Assembly: GCF_006345805.1 (NCBI RefSeq)
Contig: NC_043007.1
Coordinates: forward strand, 4,836,001-4,900,000
Length of the DNA: 64,000 nucleotides
Direction of reading: 5' to 3'
Source: Octopus sinensis
Lineage: Eukaryota
A model generated the notes under the pieces. That model was not told the origin of the DNA. It searched no databases and was given only the letters and a program-made list of their open reading frames with translations. Below, piece after piece: positions 23,301 to 36,450 of the stretch. The first letter of the stretch is position 1; each line of letters opens with the position of its first letter. A program made the position numbers and the translations under genes.

Positions 23301-24010
23301 TGTAGTGGTAAAGAGCGTGGGCTACTAACCCCAAGATTCTGAGTTCAATTCCAGGCAGTAACCTAAATAATAATAATAATAATTATTATTATTATTATTA
23401 TCATTATCTATATTATTATATTATTAGTTATAGTTTATTATATATTATATTTATATATATAATAATAATAATAATATAATTAATAATAATATAATAATAA
23501 TAATAATTATTATTATATTATTATTATTATTATTATTATATTATTATTATTATATATTATATATAATTATAAATAATAAATGCCCTGATGCAGTACCAGG
23601 CAGTGGCTCTCGTGGCTTCTGACTTTAACTGATTGAAAGTGTTATCATGTACATTGTTTTGTCTTGGTATAAAAGATGGGCTACAGCAAATATTCTGCTC
23701 AATACCACAGATTTGCTTGTCAGTTGTTTGACCGTAACCAGTTGAGCATGTTCCTTAGTGGCTGACGATATGTGCATCTCTGATCACGAGCAGAAGTAGT
23801 AGAGGTGCATCATGGCCATGGGTTGAGAGGGATTCTTTGGAGTTTGAATAAGTCACTTTTGGAAACATGGGTGTTTCGTTCAACCCCCTTAAACAATCCT
23901 TATTCAAGGACCTTTTGAGTGGGATGGGCTACTCGAGGAGAAGAAACTTCTAACTGGGCCCCACCTTCAAGGTCATGTGCTGTTTATCATGATATGAGCT
24001 CACCATCTCT
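23301..24010 (+). mobile_element. Repeat family D: tRNA-like head, (TAA)n, 430-bp body
   Basis: gtagtggtaaagagc...gagttcaattcc head; body tgatgcagtaccaggcagtggctc... recurs at 54467-54704. Confidence 0.7.
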
Positions 24011-24209
24011 GCCATTAACACAACCAGTTGCTTAGAAGCTGTTTTCTGATGGGGTGGTGTCAGGAAATTTTCATATAGTTGGAGGCTCCAATCGAAACAC
24101 CGGACTCGAAATGATAAGGTTAACAAATGCTGTTATAGATTATGCCTAACCAAAAACAATCACAGCCACATCATCCAAACAGACCGGGTGAAACTGGGCT
24201 TAGCTGCTA

Positions 24210-24275
<66 letters not shown>

Positions 24276-24404
24276 TAAGGAGAAACCTAGACATACATAC
24301 ATACATACAAATATAATATATACAAACATACATACATATATCTACATATATACATATATACATATATACATATATACATATATACATATACATATACATA
24401 TATC

Positions 24405-24475
<71 letters not shown>

Positions 24476-25244
24476 GCATGTATGTATGTATGAATGAATG
24501 CATGCTGCATTTATGTAGTATGTATGTATGTATGTATGTATGTATGTATGTATGTATGTATGTGTCTAGAAGGAAAGAACTCCTGTAAGTTTGTATATTT
24601 TAAAATTCTTCACAAAAATCTCATTTGTGGTTATTATGTATTAGAATTACAAATTGAAATCTATGGCAGATAAATAAAAATTATAAGTGTTTTATGATTC
24701 TGCCACAAAGAACTCTTGAATTACACATTGCTGTTAGAAGCCTCTTGAATAAATAATGCAAATTCGAATGGAAATATATATTTACTGCAGAGTAATTAGC
24801 TTAAATAACCAAAGGTATTACTTAAAGTCAACTTTATACACACACGCACATACACACTCACACACACACACACATACACACACATACACACGCACACACA
24901 CTCACACACACACTCACACACACAACACACACACACACACACGCATGCACACACATACACACATACACATACATACATACAAGCAATTGAAATGACAAAG
25001 GAATTAAAAAATTATCTCATGAATTTCATTAGCTTCACACCTGTTTCTGCCATAGGATGCTCTGGACTGATGGTTGAGTATCATGAGAGCCTCAAACATG
25101 AAGTGAAATTTGTCTGGATAAACAGTTACATTTATATATATGTGTGTGTGTGTGTATATATATATATATGTATGTATATATATATATATGTATATATATA
25201 GTGTGTGTGTGTATAAATATATATATATATAATAATAGTAATAA

Positions 25245-25432
25245 TATAATTGCAGCGTGGTAGGTGTTTGTAAGCCATTTAAGAAACACAGAAAATCCGT
25301 TCGATTCACTTCAACATTTAAGTTTCATTTGTCAAAATATTTTCGTCGCTTTAAGACCGCAACTTGTTCACTGACAAAAATCCGTGCTGCATCCTTGTCA
25401 GTGAACAGGTCATGGTCTTAAAGCGACGAAAA
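25245..25432 (-). mobile_element. Fold-back element with hammerhead-like fold and non-canonical core
   Basis: Inverted arms 25340-25377 and 25395-25432 with a 17-nt spacer. Confidence 0.6.
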
Positions 25433-25515
25433 AAAGGAAAAATATCGTCATGGTTGTCATCTTCATCTTCATTATGGTCATTATGGTTATTTTACACATT
25501 TTCCCAGCTTTCATT

Positions 25516-25556
<41 letters not shown>

Positions 25557-25669
25557 GCAATTTGGCTAAGTTATTAGAAACATTGGATAATATATACATT
25601 TATGAATATGCGCATATTTTGTACATATATGTGTGTTGTGTGTGTGTGTGGATATATGAGTATGTATAA

Positions 25670-25709
<40 letters not shown>

Positions 25710-25712
<3 letters not shown>

Positions 25713-25856
25713 TATGATATAGATATAGATAGATATAGATAGATAGATAGAGATAGATAGATAAGATAGATATATAGATTAATAGATAGATAGATGATAG
25801 ATATAGATAGATAGATAGATAGAAAGATAGATAGATAGATAGATAGATATATAGAT

Positions 25857-25902
<46 letters not shown>

Positions 25903-25952
25903 GGATAGATAGATGGATAGAAAGAGATAGATAGATAGATAGATAAATAGAT
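25710..25952. repeat. (GATA)n tetranucleotide tract
   Basis: Seen directly in the sequence. Confidence 0.95.
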
Positions 25953-26534
25953 GTCAGTGATGAAGATGTTGGTGCTCTAAGTCCGTGGGTTGATATTCCT
26001 CAATCTCTCACAGTTCAGCCACATTATTAGCTCAAAGGTTAAAGGTCAAAGTTTATGTTCTTGTCTTTGGTTATCAGGACAACATTAGATTCTCTTTCTT
26101 TGGCTGTCAGCTCTCATATAAGTAGACTTCACAGATATTCGCAATTACATACATTTATAAATGTGTATGTGTGTATGTGTGTGTGTGTGTGTTATATGCA
26201 TGTGCATATACACACACATAGGTGTGCACATGTGCACACACACTGAAACACACACACACACACGCAGCATTTAAATTCAAGCCATTATTAGTTTCCTGCT
26301 GTGAAAGCACAATAAACTGACAAGCTTATGCAGCATGCCCTGTGTTTTAAAGCAATTTTTCAGACTCAAAAATACAAAATGGCCGGTCAATTTTGAGAAA
26401 ATGAAAAAAGGCACCAATCTTTGAAAAAACAAGAAAAAAAACGATGAACCCCTAAACCAAACAGCCATGCTTGTGTCTTAATATATACGATAAAGAAAAC
26501 CTGACTTTCTGACACCAGGTGTATATATATATAT

Positions 26535-26813
26535 ATCATCATCATCATCATCATCATCGTTTAACGTCCGTTCTCCATGCTAGCATGGGTTGGACGGTTC
26601 GACCGGGGATCTGGGAAGCCAGAAGGCTGCACGAGGCTCCAGTCTGATCTGGCAGTGTTTTCTCTACAGCGGATGCCCTTCCTAACGCCAACCACTCCAT
26701 GAGTGTAGTGGGTGCTTTTTACGTGCCACCTGCACAGGTGCCAGGTGAGGCTGGCAATGGCCACGGTCGGATTGTATTTTATGTGCCACCGGCACGGAAG
26801 CCAGACGAGGCGG

Positions 26814-26815
<2 letters not shown>
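26535..26815 (-). mobile_element. Family C copy
   Basis: (CAT)n-cgtttaacgtccgttctccatgctagcatgggttgg...gggtgctttttacgtgccacc. Confidence 0.9.
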
Positions 26816-26877
<62 letters not shown>

Positions 26878-26879
26878 TG

Positions 26880-26925
<46 letters not shown>

Positions 26926-27589
26926 ATATATATATATATATAATATATATATATATAACATCTTTTTTATAAACTACTGTATATATAAAGGGATTCAGAA
27001 CAAAAATTCCATTTCTAATTGTGACTCTGATCATTTAATAATTACTTAAGAGCAGTATTACATAATTCAAGTTTACAATCATCATTGAAACAGGTGTAAG
27101 GATGCAATAAGTAAATTATTTTAGGACAAACTCTCCAGTCTTGTTCTTTTATAGACTGTGTGATTTCTCTAATTATGCAGACCAGTAGGAAACAGCTTTG
27201 CTTTGAAACTTGCTACATTAAAAATTTGACTGTTTGAGTTTATTCTTTTTTATTAAGGATTTCCTGCATTTCTACATCAGATTCCTGTATTTTCAGTTTT
27301 TGACAATAAAGTTTCTAAATTCATTTTTAACTCTGTTTCTACACCACCTCAGCCTCATCATCAGGATACTAAAGTGATGTTAGTGCCTCTTATACCTCTT
27401 TTAAGGTAGATGGTTTTTAGTTATGCAGACTTCATCACCTGACTTTAACTGTTAGTGTCCCACTTCCTCAGCACTGCAAAAGCTAAAGATACATTTCTGT
27501 TTTTCAGATCAAACCTTAAAAATAATATTGATCTTGAGTATATAAATAAACCTTCATTATCTCGACAAACTGATTCGTTCAACAACTTT

Positions 27590-27902
27590 TTCATCTTCCT
27601 TATCATTTTTGCATCAATTTTTCCATGCTTGAATAGTTTGGACAGAATTTATTGAAGTAGATTTTCTACAGCTGGATGCTCTTCCTGTCACACACCTTAC
27701 CTGTTTTCAAGCCAGGTAATATTTCCCTGTGACCAGACAAATTTTCTCTGTAAAGTGGCTGTCATTAGGAAGGGTATCCAACCATAAGAAAAACAAAAAG
27801 AAACTATGCCGAAGCAGACAGTGGAGATTGTTGCAGTCGTCTGGCTGACCAGTGGTCTTGTCAAATCATCCAGCCCTTGCCAGCATGGCAGGCAGGTATT
27901 GA

Positions 27903-27987
<85 letters not shown>

Positions 27988-28025
27988 GGTTGATGATGCT
28001 GAGATGATGATGATAGTGATGATGA
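27590..28025. mobile_element. Two degenerate family C copies back to back; the right one has a 120-bp (GAT)n tail
   Basis: Minus copy about 27590-27720 (tttccatgc...cagctggatgctcttcc); plus copy about 27745-27905. Confidence 0.65.
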
Positions 28026-28139
28026 AGAGTGGAAAAGAATGTTACATTTCATGTAACAGTAACACACATATACAACTACCACATGATCTCAAAACAAAGT
28101 GACAATTACACACGCACACACGTACTTACAGGCACATAC

Positions 28140-28300
28140 TCACACACACACAATGAGCTTCTTTCAGTTTCTATCTACAAAATCCACACACAAAGCTATG
28201 GTTGGCCAGCGATTCTCTAGCTGAAGACACTTCCCCAAACGCCAAACAACAGAGCAGAGACGAAAACCATGTAGCTGCAAAGCAATCTTGTTAACCATGC
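28140..28300 (-). mobile_element. SINE family A 5' part, degenerate
   Basis: cttctttcagtttctatctacaaaatccacacacaaagct...gaagacactt. Confidence 0.7.
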
Positions 28301-28880
28301 AGCCATTTCCATGCCTATTATTTACAAAACAGGAATCGGTGCACTCCACCCAGTTGACTGCAAAGCAAGCGTTTTCCTGGTTCCTATAACATCCAACTTC
28401 AGAATGGAGACCAATTCCCATTCTGAGATTCTTCAAAAACAAATATTTTATATATGATATGACTCATAAATTAAACATTTAATCAATTTATTAATTAGCC
28501 AGGACTATTCAAAGAATAAATTTCTATTTATTAGATATTAATTTCAGCAAAGATATTCAAATTTATGGCACTAGATTGCTTCTCTTTTTGCTATTCTCTT
28601 TCTGTGTTTTCTGCATGTCAATGTTTGTCTTATGTTTTATATATGCAAATGTATTCTACAGGAAACATTATTTTATTGACATGATATAGTAAAATGTATG
28701 ATCTTATTGGCATGTGTATATGCGTGTGTTTGTGTGCGTATATTTACATATGTATGTGTTTATATATATAAATATATGTATGTGTGTATATATATATTTC
28801 TTAAATATATATATATATATATATACACACAATATATATATTCTTATATATAGATATATGTATATATATATATAGTATAT

Positions 28881-28930
<50 letters not shown>

Positions 28931-28975
28931 CTATATATATATATATATATGATATATATATATGTATATATATAG

Positions 28976-29029
<54 letters not shown>

Positions 29030-30044
29030 ATCAATATCTATATATATATGTGAATATATACCACACACACACACAAATATATATACATACACACACATAA
29101 AAATTGAAAGATATTGATATGTGTGTGTACATACACAGAGGCAGGGTTGTCCCAAATGTAATGCTTGATTTTAAAATTATGGTTTGTTTATTTCATCAAT
29201 AAAATTGTTTTCAAATTAGGTGTTACATTCGGGACTATCTGTGTGTGTGTATATAAATACACACACGTGTGCATGCACACACACACATACACACAGATGC
29301 ACACATGCATACATATATGTACAAACAATACATGGATATCTACCTTCATAAATACACAAACATACACACATACACACATATATATATATAAATATAACAC
29401 ATACACACACCATGTATATACATACCACACATACACATATACACACATATATATATATGTATAATATATGTGCATATATTTAGACATGCTTTGGAACATA
29501 TGTAAGTATTTACATATCTGTATATGTAAATATGTATTGACGTATGGATGCATGCATGGACCCATGTATATATACATGTATATATTCATGCATATTTGTG
29601 GGTGTGTGTTTATGCTTGTTTGCATATGGTTGTGTGTATGTATATTTGTATGTGTGCGTGTATATATGTATTCATGTATGTATGATGTACGTATGTGTGT
29701 ATGTAAGCATGTATGCATTTATGCATGTATGCATGTATGTATTATGTGTTAATATGCAAGCATGCGTATGTGTGTGTGTGTGTGTGTGCATGTGCATTTG
29801 TCTGTGCATGCCTTTGCAATGAGACCGTTTGTTTCGCAGTAACATTGTTCGTGTTGCACACAGGCGAAAAGTGCCCCTGAACCCATGCAGGGACATGAGA
29901 TGAAGTGACTGTTTTACAGGATGCTGAGAGAGGATTAGAACTAAGGGGAGCATCCAGCCAGAGTGAAACTGCCTCAACAAGTGCTACCCTACGCAGGCCA
30001 TCAGAGAAAAAAACACACAGAAAGATGATCATGTATATATATCA

Positions 30045-30200
30045 TCATCATCATCATCATCATCATTTAGCGTCCGCTTTCCATGCTAGCATGGGTTGGA
30101 CGGTTCAACTGGGGTCTGTGAAGCCGGAAGGCTTCGTCAGGCCCAGTCAGATCTGGCAGTGTTTCTATGGCTGGATGCCCTTCCTAACGCCAACCACTCC
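30045..30200 (-). mobile_element. Family C copy
   Basis: (CAT)n-ttagcgtccgctttccatgctagcatgggttgg...ccttcctaacgccaaccactcc. Confidence 0.9.
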
Positions 30201-30837
30201 GTGATGATAGTATATATATATATACTATCATCATCATCATCATCATCATCATTTAACACCAGCATGGAATGCATACAATAAATGATGATGATGATGATAA
30301 TGATGTGTGTGTGTGCGTGTGTGCGTATAAATACATACTGAGAATTTACACACTTATAGCTTTCCTGCTTCTGGATCCATCATTCAAAAAAAGTAAAACA
30401 TGTCATATTCTCTTAATGCTTACAAATTCTTATGACATCAACAATATATATGTGTATGTATGTATGTGTATATATATTTAATATATATATATATATATAT
30501 TATATATTACACAAACGCACCAAATCATATTTCGGTTGGGTCGGTTTTGTCGGTAGGCAGACAGACAGGTAGGTAGGGAGGTAGATAAATAGATAGATGG
30601 ATGGATGGATGGATGGATAGTATACATGATGAAGCCTAGCCTTCACTTCCAAGTGATTATCCCATGCTTACATTAATTGCTTAAGGTACCTATGGATTTG
30701 TGAACTGGTGTAAATGAACTCACAGACCTACCAAAGGGGAGAATGAGAGTGAAAAGAGTTACTAAATAGATGTACATACATACACACATACATACATACA
30801 TATAAACATATAAATATACATATATACACATATACAT

Positions 30838-30869
<32 letters not shown>

Positions 30870-31010
30870 CTACATACAAATATGCATTGGTATATATATA
30901 TACCTATACTTGTGTGTGTGTGTGTGTGTATGTGTAAATAAATATATAAATACATTTTGACAAGTGTTTGAAATGCAATCTCTGTATGTATGCATGTGTG
31001 TGTATATGCG

Positions 31011-31049
<39 letters not shown>

Positions 31050-31559
31050 CATATATGTATGTATATTGTGTGTATAGATATAGATATACTATACCACTAC
31101 ACCACACACATACACACACACCCACACACACATATCTATACACATATTGTATGTATGTACGTATGTATGTATTTGTTGTGTACCTTGATATGTGTGTATA
31201 TGTTTATACATGTATATATATATATAATATATATATAATATATACAGACACACATAAATTTATGTGTGTGTGCTTATCTATATTTATATAGAGCAATATC
31301 TATGTTTGTGCATCAGTGTCCCAGCTTTTATGCAAAAACAACAAACGCAAAAGCAAAAGGCAACAACAGAACTGGCGAGAGATGGAGATTCGTTGCCATA
31401 ATCCATTGTGACTTGTCAACCTGACAGTTTCATGCGAGACACACACGTGTCTACTGATGCTGCACCAATGCTGTGACCTTAAAGCTTTTAACGCACCCCG
31501 TTTGTCATTTTGCATTCATCACTCTGCATAAATGGTGCACACGCAGATCAATTACATGA

Positions 31560-31734
31560 TGTGATTTGAGAGAAGGATAAGGTGGGAGAGGGAGAGGTAA
31601 AGGAGAAAGAGAAGGGAGAGAAAGAGAGTGGGAGGAGAGGGAGATAGGGAGATAGACAGAGAGGTAGGTAGGTAGGTAGGCAGACAGACAGACAGGTAGG
31701 CAGATAGGTAGGTAGGTAGATGGATAGATAAATG

Positions 31735-31788
<54 letters not shown>

Positions 31789-32180
31789 TAGATAGATAGA
31801 TAGATAGGTAGGTAGGTATGTAGGAAGGTAGGTAGGTAGGTTGGTAGGTATGTAGGTTGGTCAGTTGGTAGGTGGGTACATAGGTAGGTGGGTAGACAGA
31901 CAGACAGGTATGTAGGTAGGGAGGTAGATAGAGAGGTAGAGAAATAGATGGATAGATAGATGGATAGATAGATGGATAGATAGATGGATAGATAGATGGA
32001 TAGATAGATGGATAGATAGATGGATAGATAGATGGATAGATAGATAGATAGAGACATACATTCAGAGAGACAGACAGACAGACATAGAGTGATAGTGAGT
32101 GTGAAAAAGGGAAGTGACTGAGGAGAAAGGGAGTAAGAGAGGGAGAGAGAGAAAGTGAGAAAGAGAGAGAGAGAGAGAGA
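31560..32180. repeat. Purine-rich compound tract (GA, GGTA, GATA, GATG)
   Basis: Seen directly; includes a homogeneous (gatagatagatg)n run at 31945-32045. Confidence 0.9.
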
Positions 32181-33432
32181 AACCTACCTAAGTGAAGAAG
32201 GGGGTGAGTCGAGGGGAAAAGCTGTTAGGATGCTGTCAGCAATGGTAATGGATGTGATGAGAACTCAGGAGGGGGAGGTGATGGCCACAATAATGCTTAT
32301 TATCATCATTACCAACATTATTGAGGGTGATAATGTTGGTGGGCGTTATTATGATTATGATGACAATGATGATGATGATGATATTCTTCAGGATAACAAT
32401 ATGGCTGCTACTCCAGCTGCTAATGATGAGAATTATAATGGTGATGGTGGTGGGAGTGGCAGTGATGGTCACGATCAGGATCATCATTATCATCATCATT
32501 GTCATTGTCATCATCGTCATTATCATCATGGTGGTGGGAGTGGTGATGTGCTGCTGACGATGATGATGGTGTTGGTGAAGACCTTGATGGTGGTGGTGTT
32601 GTTGCTGATGATGATGATGATGATAACGTTGGTGAAGACCATGATGGTGGTGGTGGTGGTGGCAATGATAGTGATGATGGTGGTGGTGGTCGTCGTCGTG
32701 GTGCTGGTGTTGGTGGTGGCAGAGGGAGGTGGTGGGGGGTAGTGATGACAGCAATGACAATGACACTGAAATTGATGACAGCAAGCATGAAGATGATGAA
32801 GATGTACAGAAAGTTGATCTTGATGAGGTGTGTCACAAATGAGAGACAGAGAGAGAGAGAGGAAAGAGAGAGAGAGAAATAAAGAGAAAGACCAACACAG
32901 ACAAGGAGAAAAGTAAAAGTGGTGGTGGAGAGGTGGCGCTGGTGGTGGTGGTGGTGGTGGTGGTGGTGGCGAAGCTTGAGACATGACTTCAAAATGGCAG
33001 CAGTTCCTTTTGCTACAAGGAAACTTGCAAATTGTTGCCCTGCGTAGAGAGAAAACCATAAAATGGCTTCATGTACTTATCATCGACCACCATGTAGGCA
33101 CACACACATTCAGACAAACATGCACGTGCATGAGAGCACACACGTATATATATATATTATATATATATATAAAATGTACACAGCTGCACACACAGTCGTA
33201 CACATCACCCATACACACATACATATGTATGCAAGTATATATATATATATATATAATGTATGTATGTATATATATATGTGTGTATATATATATAATGTAT
33301 ATATATATATATATATGTGTGTGTATATATATATATGCATATATATATATTATATATATACACCCACACGCACACACACACACATATATATATATATATG
33401 GCTTCCGTATACATATGTATATATATATATAT

Positions 33433-33595
33433 ATATGATGGGCTTCTTTCAGTTTCTGTCTACCAAATCTGCTCACAAGGCTTTGGTTGGCCCAAGGCTA
33501 TAGTAGAAGACACTTGCTCAAGGTGCCATGCAGTCGGACTGAACCTGGAACCATGTGGTTGGTAAGCAAGCTACTTATCACACAGCCACTCCTGC
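33433..33595 (-). mobile_element. SINE family A 5' half
   Basis: gggcttctttcagtttctgtctaccaaatc...gaagacacttgctcaaggtgcc...gaacctggaaccatgtggttggtaagc. Confidence 0.9.
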
Positions 33596-34964
33596 TCCTG
33601 CACCTATATATATATATATGTATATATATATACATTAGAAGGTTTGGAGATGATGTACAGGTATTATATATTAGAAGAATATATATACATATATTCATAT
33701 ATGCCTAAGTACAAACATATGTATATTAATCTGTACTGATATATGTATGTGTATATATTCTACATATGTATATATATAGATAGGTATATATATATATTAT
33801 CTGCAGTCAGTTGCTTCGATTATGACTGTTCATGCCTTTTGCATTTGATAATCTTTCTCCATACTGGTCAGGTTTTTACTTCGGTTTGCCATTCATTTCC
33901 AATTCAGGTTCTTTTTTGCGGTTGTCATTGCGGTCATTGTTATCATCAACATCATCATGATTCTGAGGAGAGGAGGGGGAGGGGAGGAGAGTGGATGAGA
34001 ATGTGATAGGAAGTGGAGGAGAGGAGGAGGAGGAAGAGGACAATAACCAATGATGACAACAATGCCGAAGATGCTAACAGCTTGAAAAACGTGCCAAAGG
34101 CAACCTGGAAGGGAGGAAAATTAATTAAGAACGCTAATGTCGTGTTTAATGAAGACAGAGCTGTAAGAGATGGAGAACAAATAATTAAGAATCAATGAAT
34201 GAACCAGTCAGAGTACAGAGTACAGAGTACAACACCAAATGAAAGGAAGCGATTGGACCAGGAAAAAGATTATATATTACAGACGCATGAAATTAATCCG
34301 TACAAGAGGAGGCCTAAATGCCAGACATGAAGGGATGAGTATCAACACTCGAATGCAATGTTCTGAAAGGGAGTGAAACTACCTCTAGGAGTGGGGCAAG
34401 GGAGCAGGAGAAAACTCTATCAGGATACACAAAGGGGTCAGTGGGTGGTGAGAAGTGCTTCTGCAGAGCCTTTTCTGGTTTTGTCTCCCATTTAAATTTC
34501 CTTGGTCATCATTGTCATTGTATAATTGCTGTTTCTATGCAAGCATGGGTTGGAGAGTTCAACAGGGTCTGACTGGGCATAGGACTGCATTGAGCTTCAG
34601 TGTCTGCCTTGGCCAAAAGCAAAATACCTATGGCCAAATACCCTTCCGAATGCCAACTGTTCTTACAGAGTGTACCAGGTGCTTTGTTTCCATGGCACCA
34701 GCACCAGTGTGGTCACCAAGACAGTGGGAGTGAAGCAATGAGGGAGATGGCTTTAAGCCAGGAATTGAGAGGCTGAAGAGTGACAGAAGAACAAATGTCT
34801 TACAGTTGAGGAGGTACTTGTCCACTCCAGCAATAAAGTGGAAAACCAGATGGTGATGAGATGCTAGGATGTACTCTCAGAGTACAAGATCAATATAAGA
34901 GAGTAGGGACAGAGGAGAGGAAAGGATGTTTGGTGTGATTATTTTATTGCATTTGGAATCATCA

Positions 34965-35235
34965 TCAGCATCATCATCATCATTTAGCATCCATTGTCCA
35001 TGCTGGCATGGGTTGGACTATTTCACCAGGGCTGACAAGCTGGAAGGCTGCTCTAGACTCCAATCTGATTTGGCATGGTTTTCTACAGCTGGATGCCCTT
35101 CCTAACATGAACCACTCTGAGAGTGTAATGGGTGCTTTTACGTGCCACTGGCATGGGTGCCATTTGCGTGACACCGGTATCTGCCACAGGTCTCGGTCAT
35201 TGCCTTCGTGAGGCCCAATGCTTGAAAGGAACTGT
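34965..35235 (-). mobile_element. Family C copy reaching the RTE ORF end
   Basis: Tail in (CAT)n; ggtctcggtcattgcc is the reverse complement of the AMTET/DRDLW region. Confidence 0.8.
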
Positions 35236-35399
35236 ACTTTTAAACATAACTTCAGATGCAGTATTTTGATGGACTGCTTATTGTGCCATGGACACAATCA
35301 CAACAAATAGGACAATAACAACAACAACATCAATGAGGATAGATTAACAGACTTTGGAAAGTGAATAAACAAAACTGAATATACACCATCTATGCTTGT

Positions 35400-35640
35400 G
35401 GTATTCATATGGTACATAGCATGGTGCATAGCACAGTGCACAGTTCAGTGCATAGCACGGTGCATAGTACAGCATAATATTATGCAGAGTATGGTGCATA
35501 TTACAGTACATAGTGAGTGCATAGTACAGTGCATAATACGATGCATAGTATGGTGCACAGTACAGTACACAGTACAGTGCACAGTATGGTGCATAGTATG
35601 GTGTGTAGTACAGTGCATAGTATGGTGGTGTTGTGGTAAG
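35400..35640. repeat. 12-bp minisatellite (gcatagtacagt / gcatagtatggt)
   Basis: About 20 degenerate units. Confidence 0.8.
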
Positions 35641-35704
35641 TAGTCAGCTACATCAAACAAGTATCTGGAATTGAATTACTCTGAGTTGGGAGGCCATGCA
35701 TGGA

Positions 35705-35945
35705 TGCTGGTTAAGGAGTTTGAAGTTTGATTCCCAAATGCATGGTTTGGGGTTCAGTCCCACTGCTTACCACTTAGGCAAATATTTTCTACTATAACCT
35801 CTGACCAATCATAGCCTTCAGAGTGGATTTCATAGAGAGAAACTGAAAGAAGTCCATGGCAGATACTGGTGGCATGTAAATGGCACCCATGTCGGTGGCA
35901 CATAAAAGTACCCATTGCACTCTCAGAGTGGTTGGCATTGACATT
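35705..35945 (+). mobile_element. SINE family A 5' half followed by a family C fragment
   Basis: ggttaaggagttt...ggttcagtcccactg...gaaactgaaagaag, then ggtggcacataaaag...gagtggttggcatt. Confidence 0.7.
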
Positions 35946-36224
35946 GGCATTGGTGGTGGTGATGAGATATGTATATTAAAAATGATGGAGTTGGATGCAT
36001 AGCATCATAACGAGTGAATATTGAAAAAGTGTTGGTCAAAGAAAAGGGCCAATAATTAAAAGATTTTGGGAAGCACAGCTCGAGAGATTGTAATAATGAT
36101 TTATATTATTTTCAACTGGATGCTGAATAAATTATCAATGCTTGACAGACAAAGAGGGAAAATATTTTATGTGAAATGCATTGTTTCATAAAGTGAAGTT
36201 GTTGCAAAAAATATGATGATGAGG

Positions 36225-36450
36225 ATCATCATCATCATCATCATCGTCGTCATCATTTAATGTCCATTTTCCATGCTGGCATGGGTTGAGCAGTTCTACA
36301 GGAACTGGCAAGTCAGAGGACTGCACCAAACTCTGCTGCTCTGTTTTGGAATGGTTTCTACAACCGGATACCCTTCCTAACACCAATCACTTCACAGAGT
36401 GTACTGGGTGCTTTGTATGTGCCACCAGCACCAATGGGGTCACCAAGTAA
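36225..36450 (-). mobile_element. Family C copy
   Basis: (CAT)n-ttaatgtccattttccatgctggcatgggttg...cccttcctaacaccaatcac. Confidence 0.8.
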
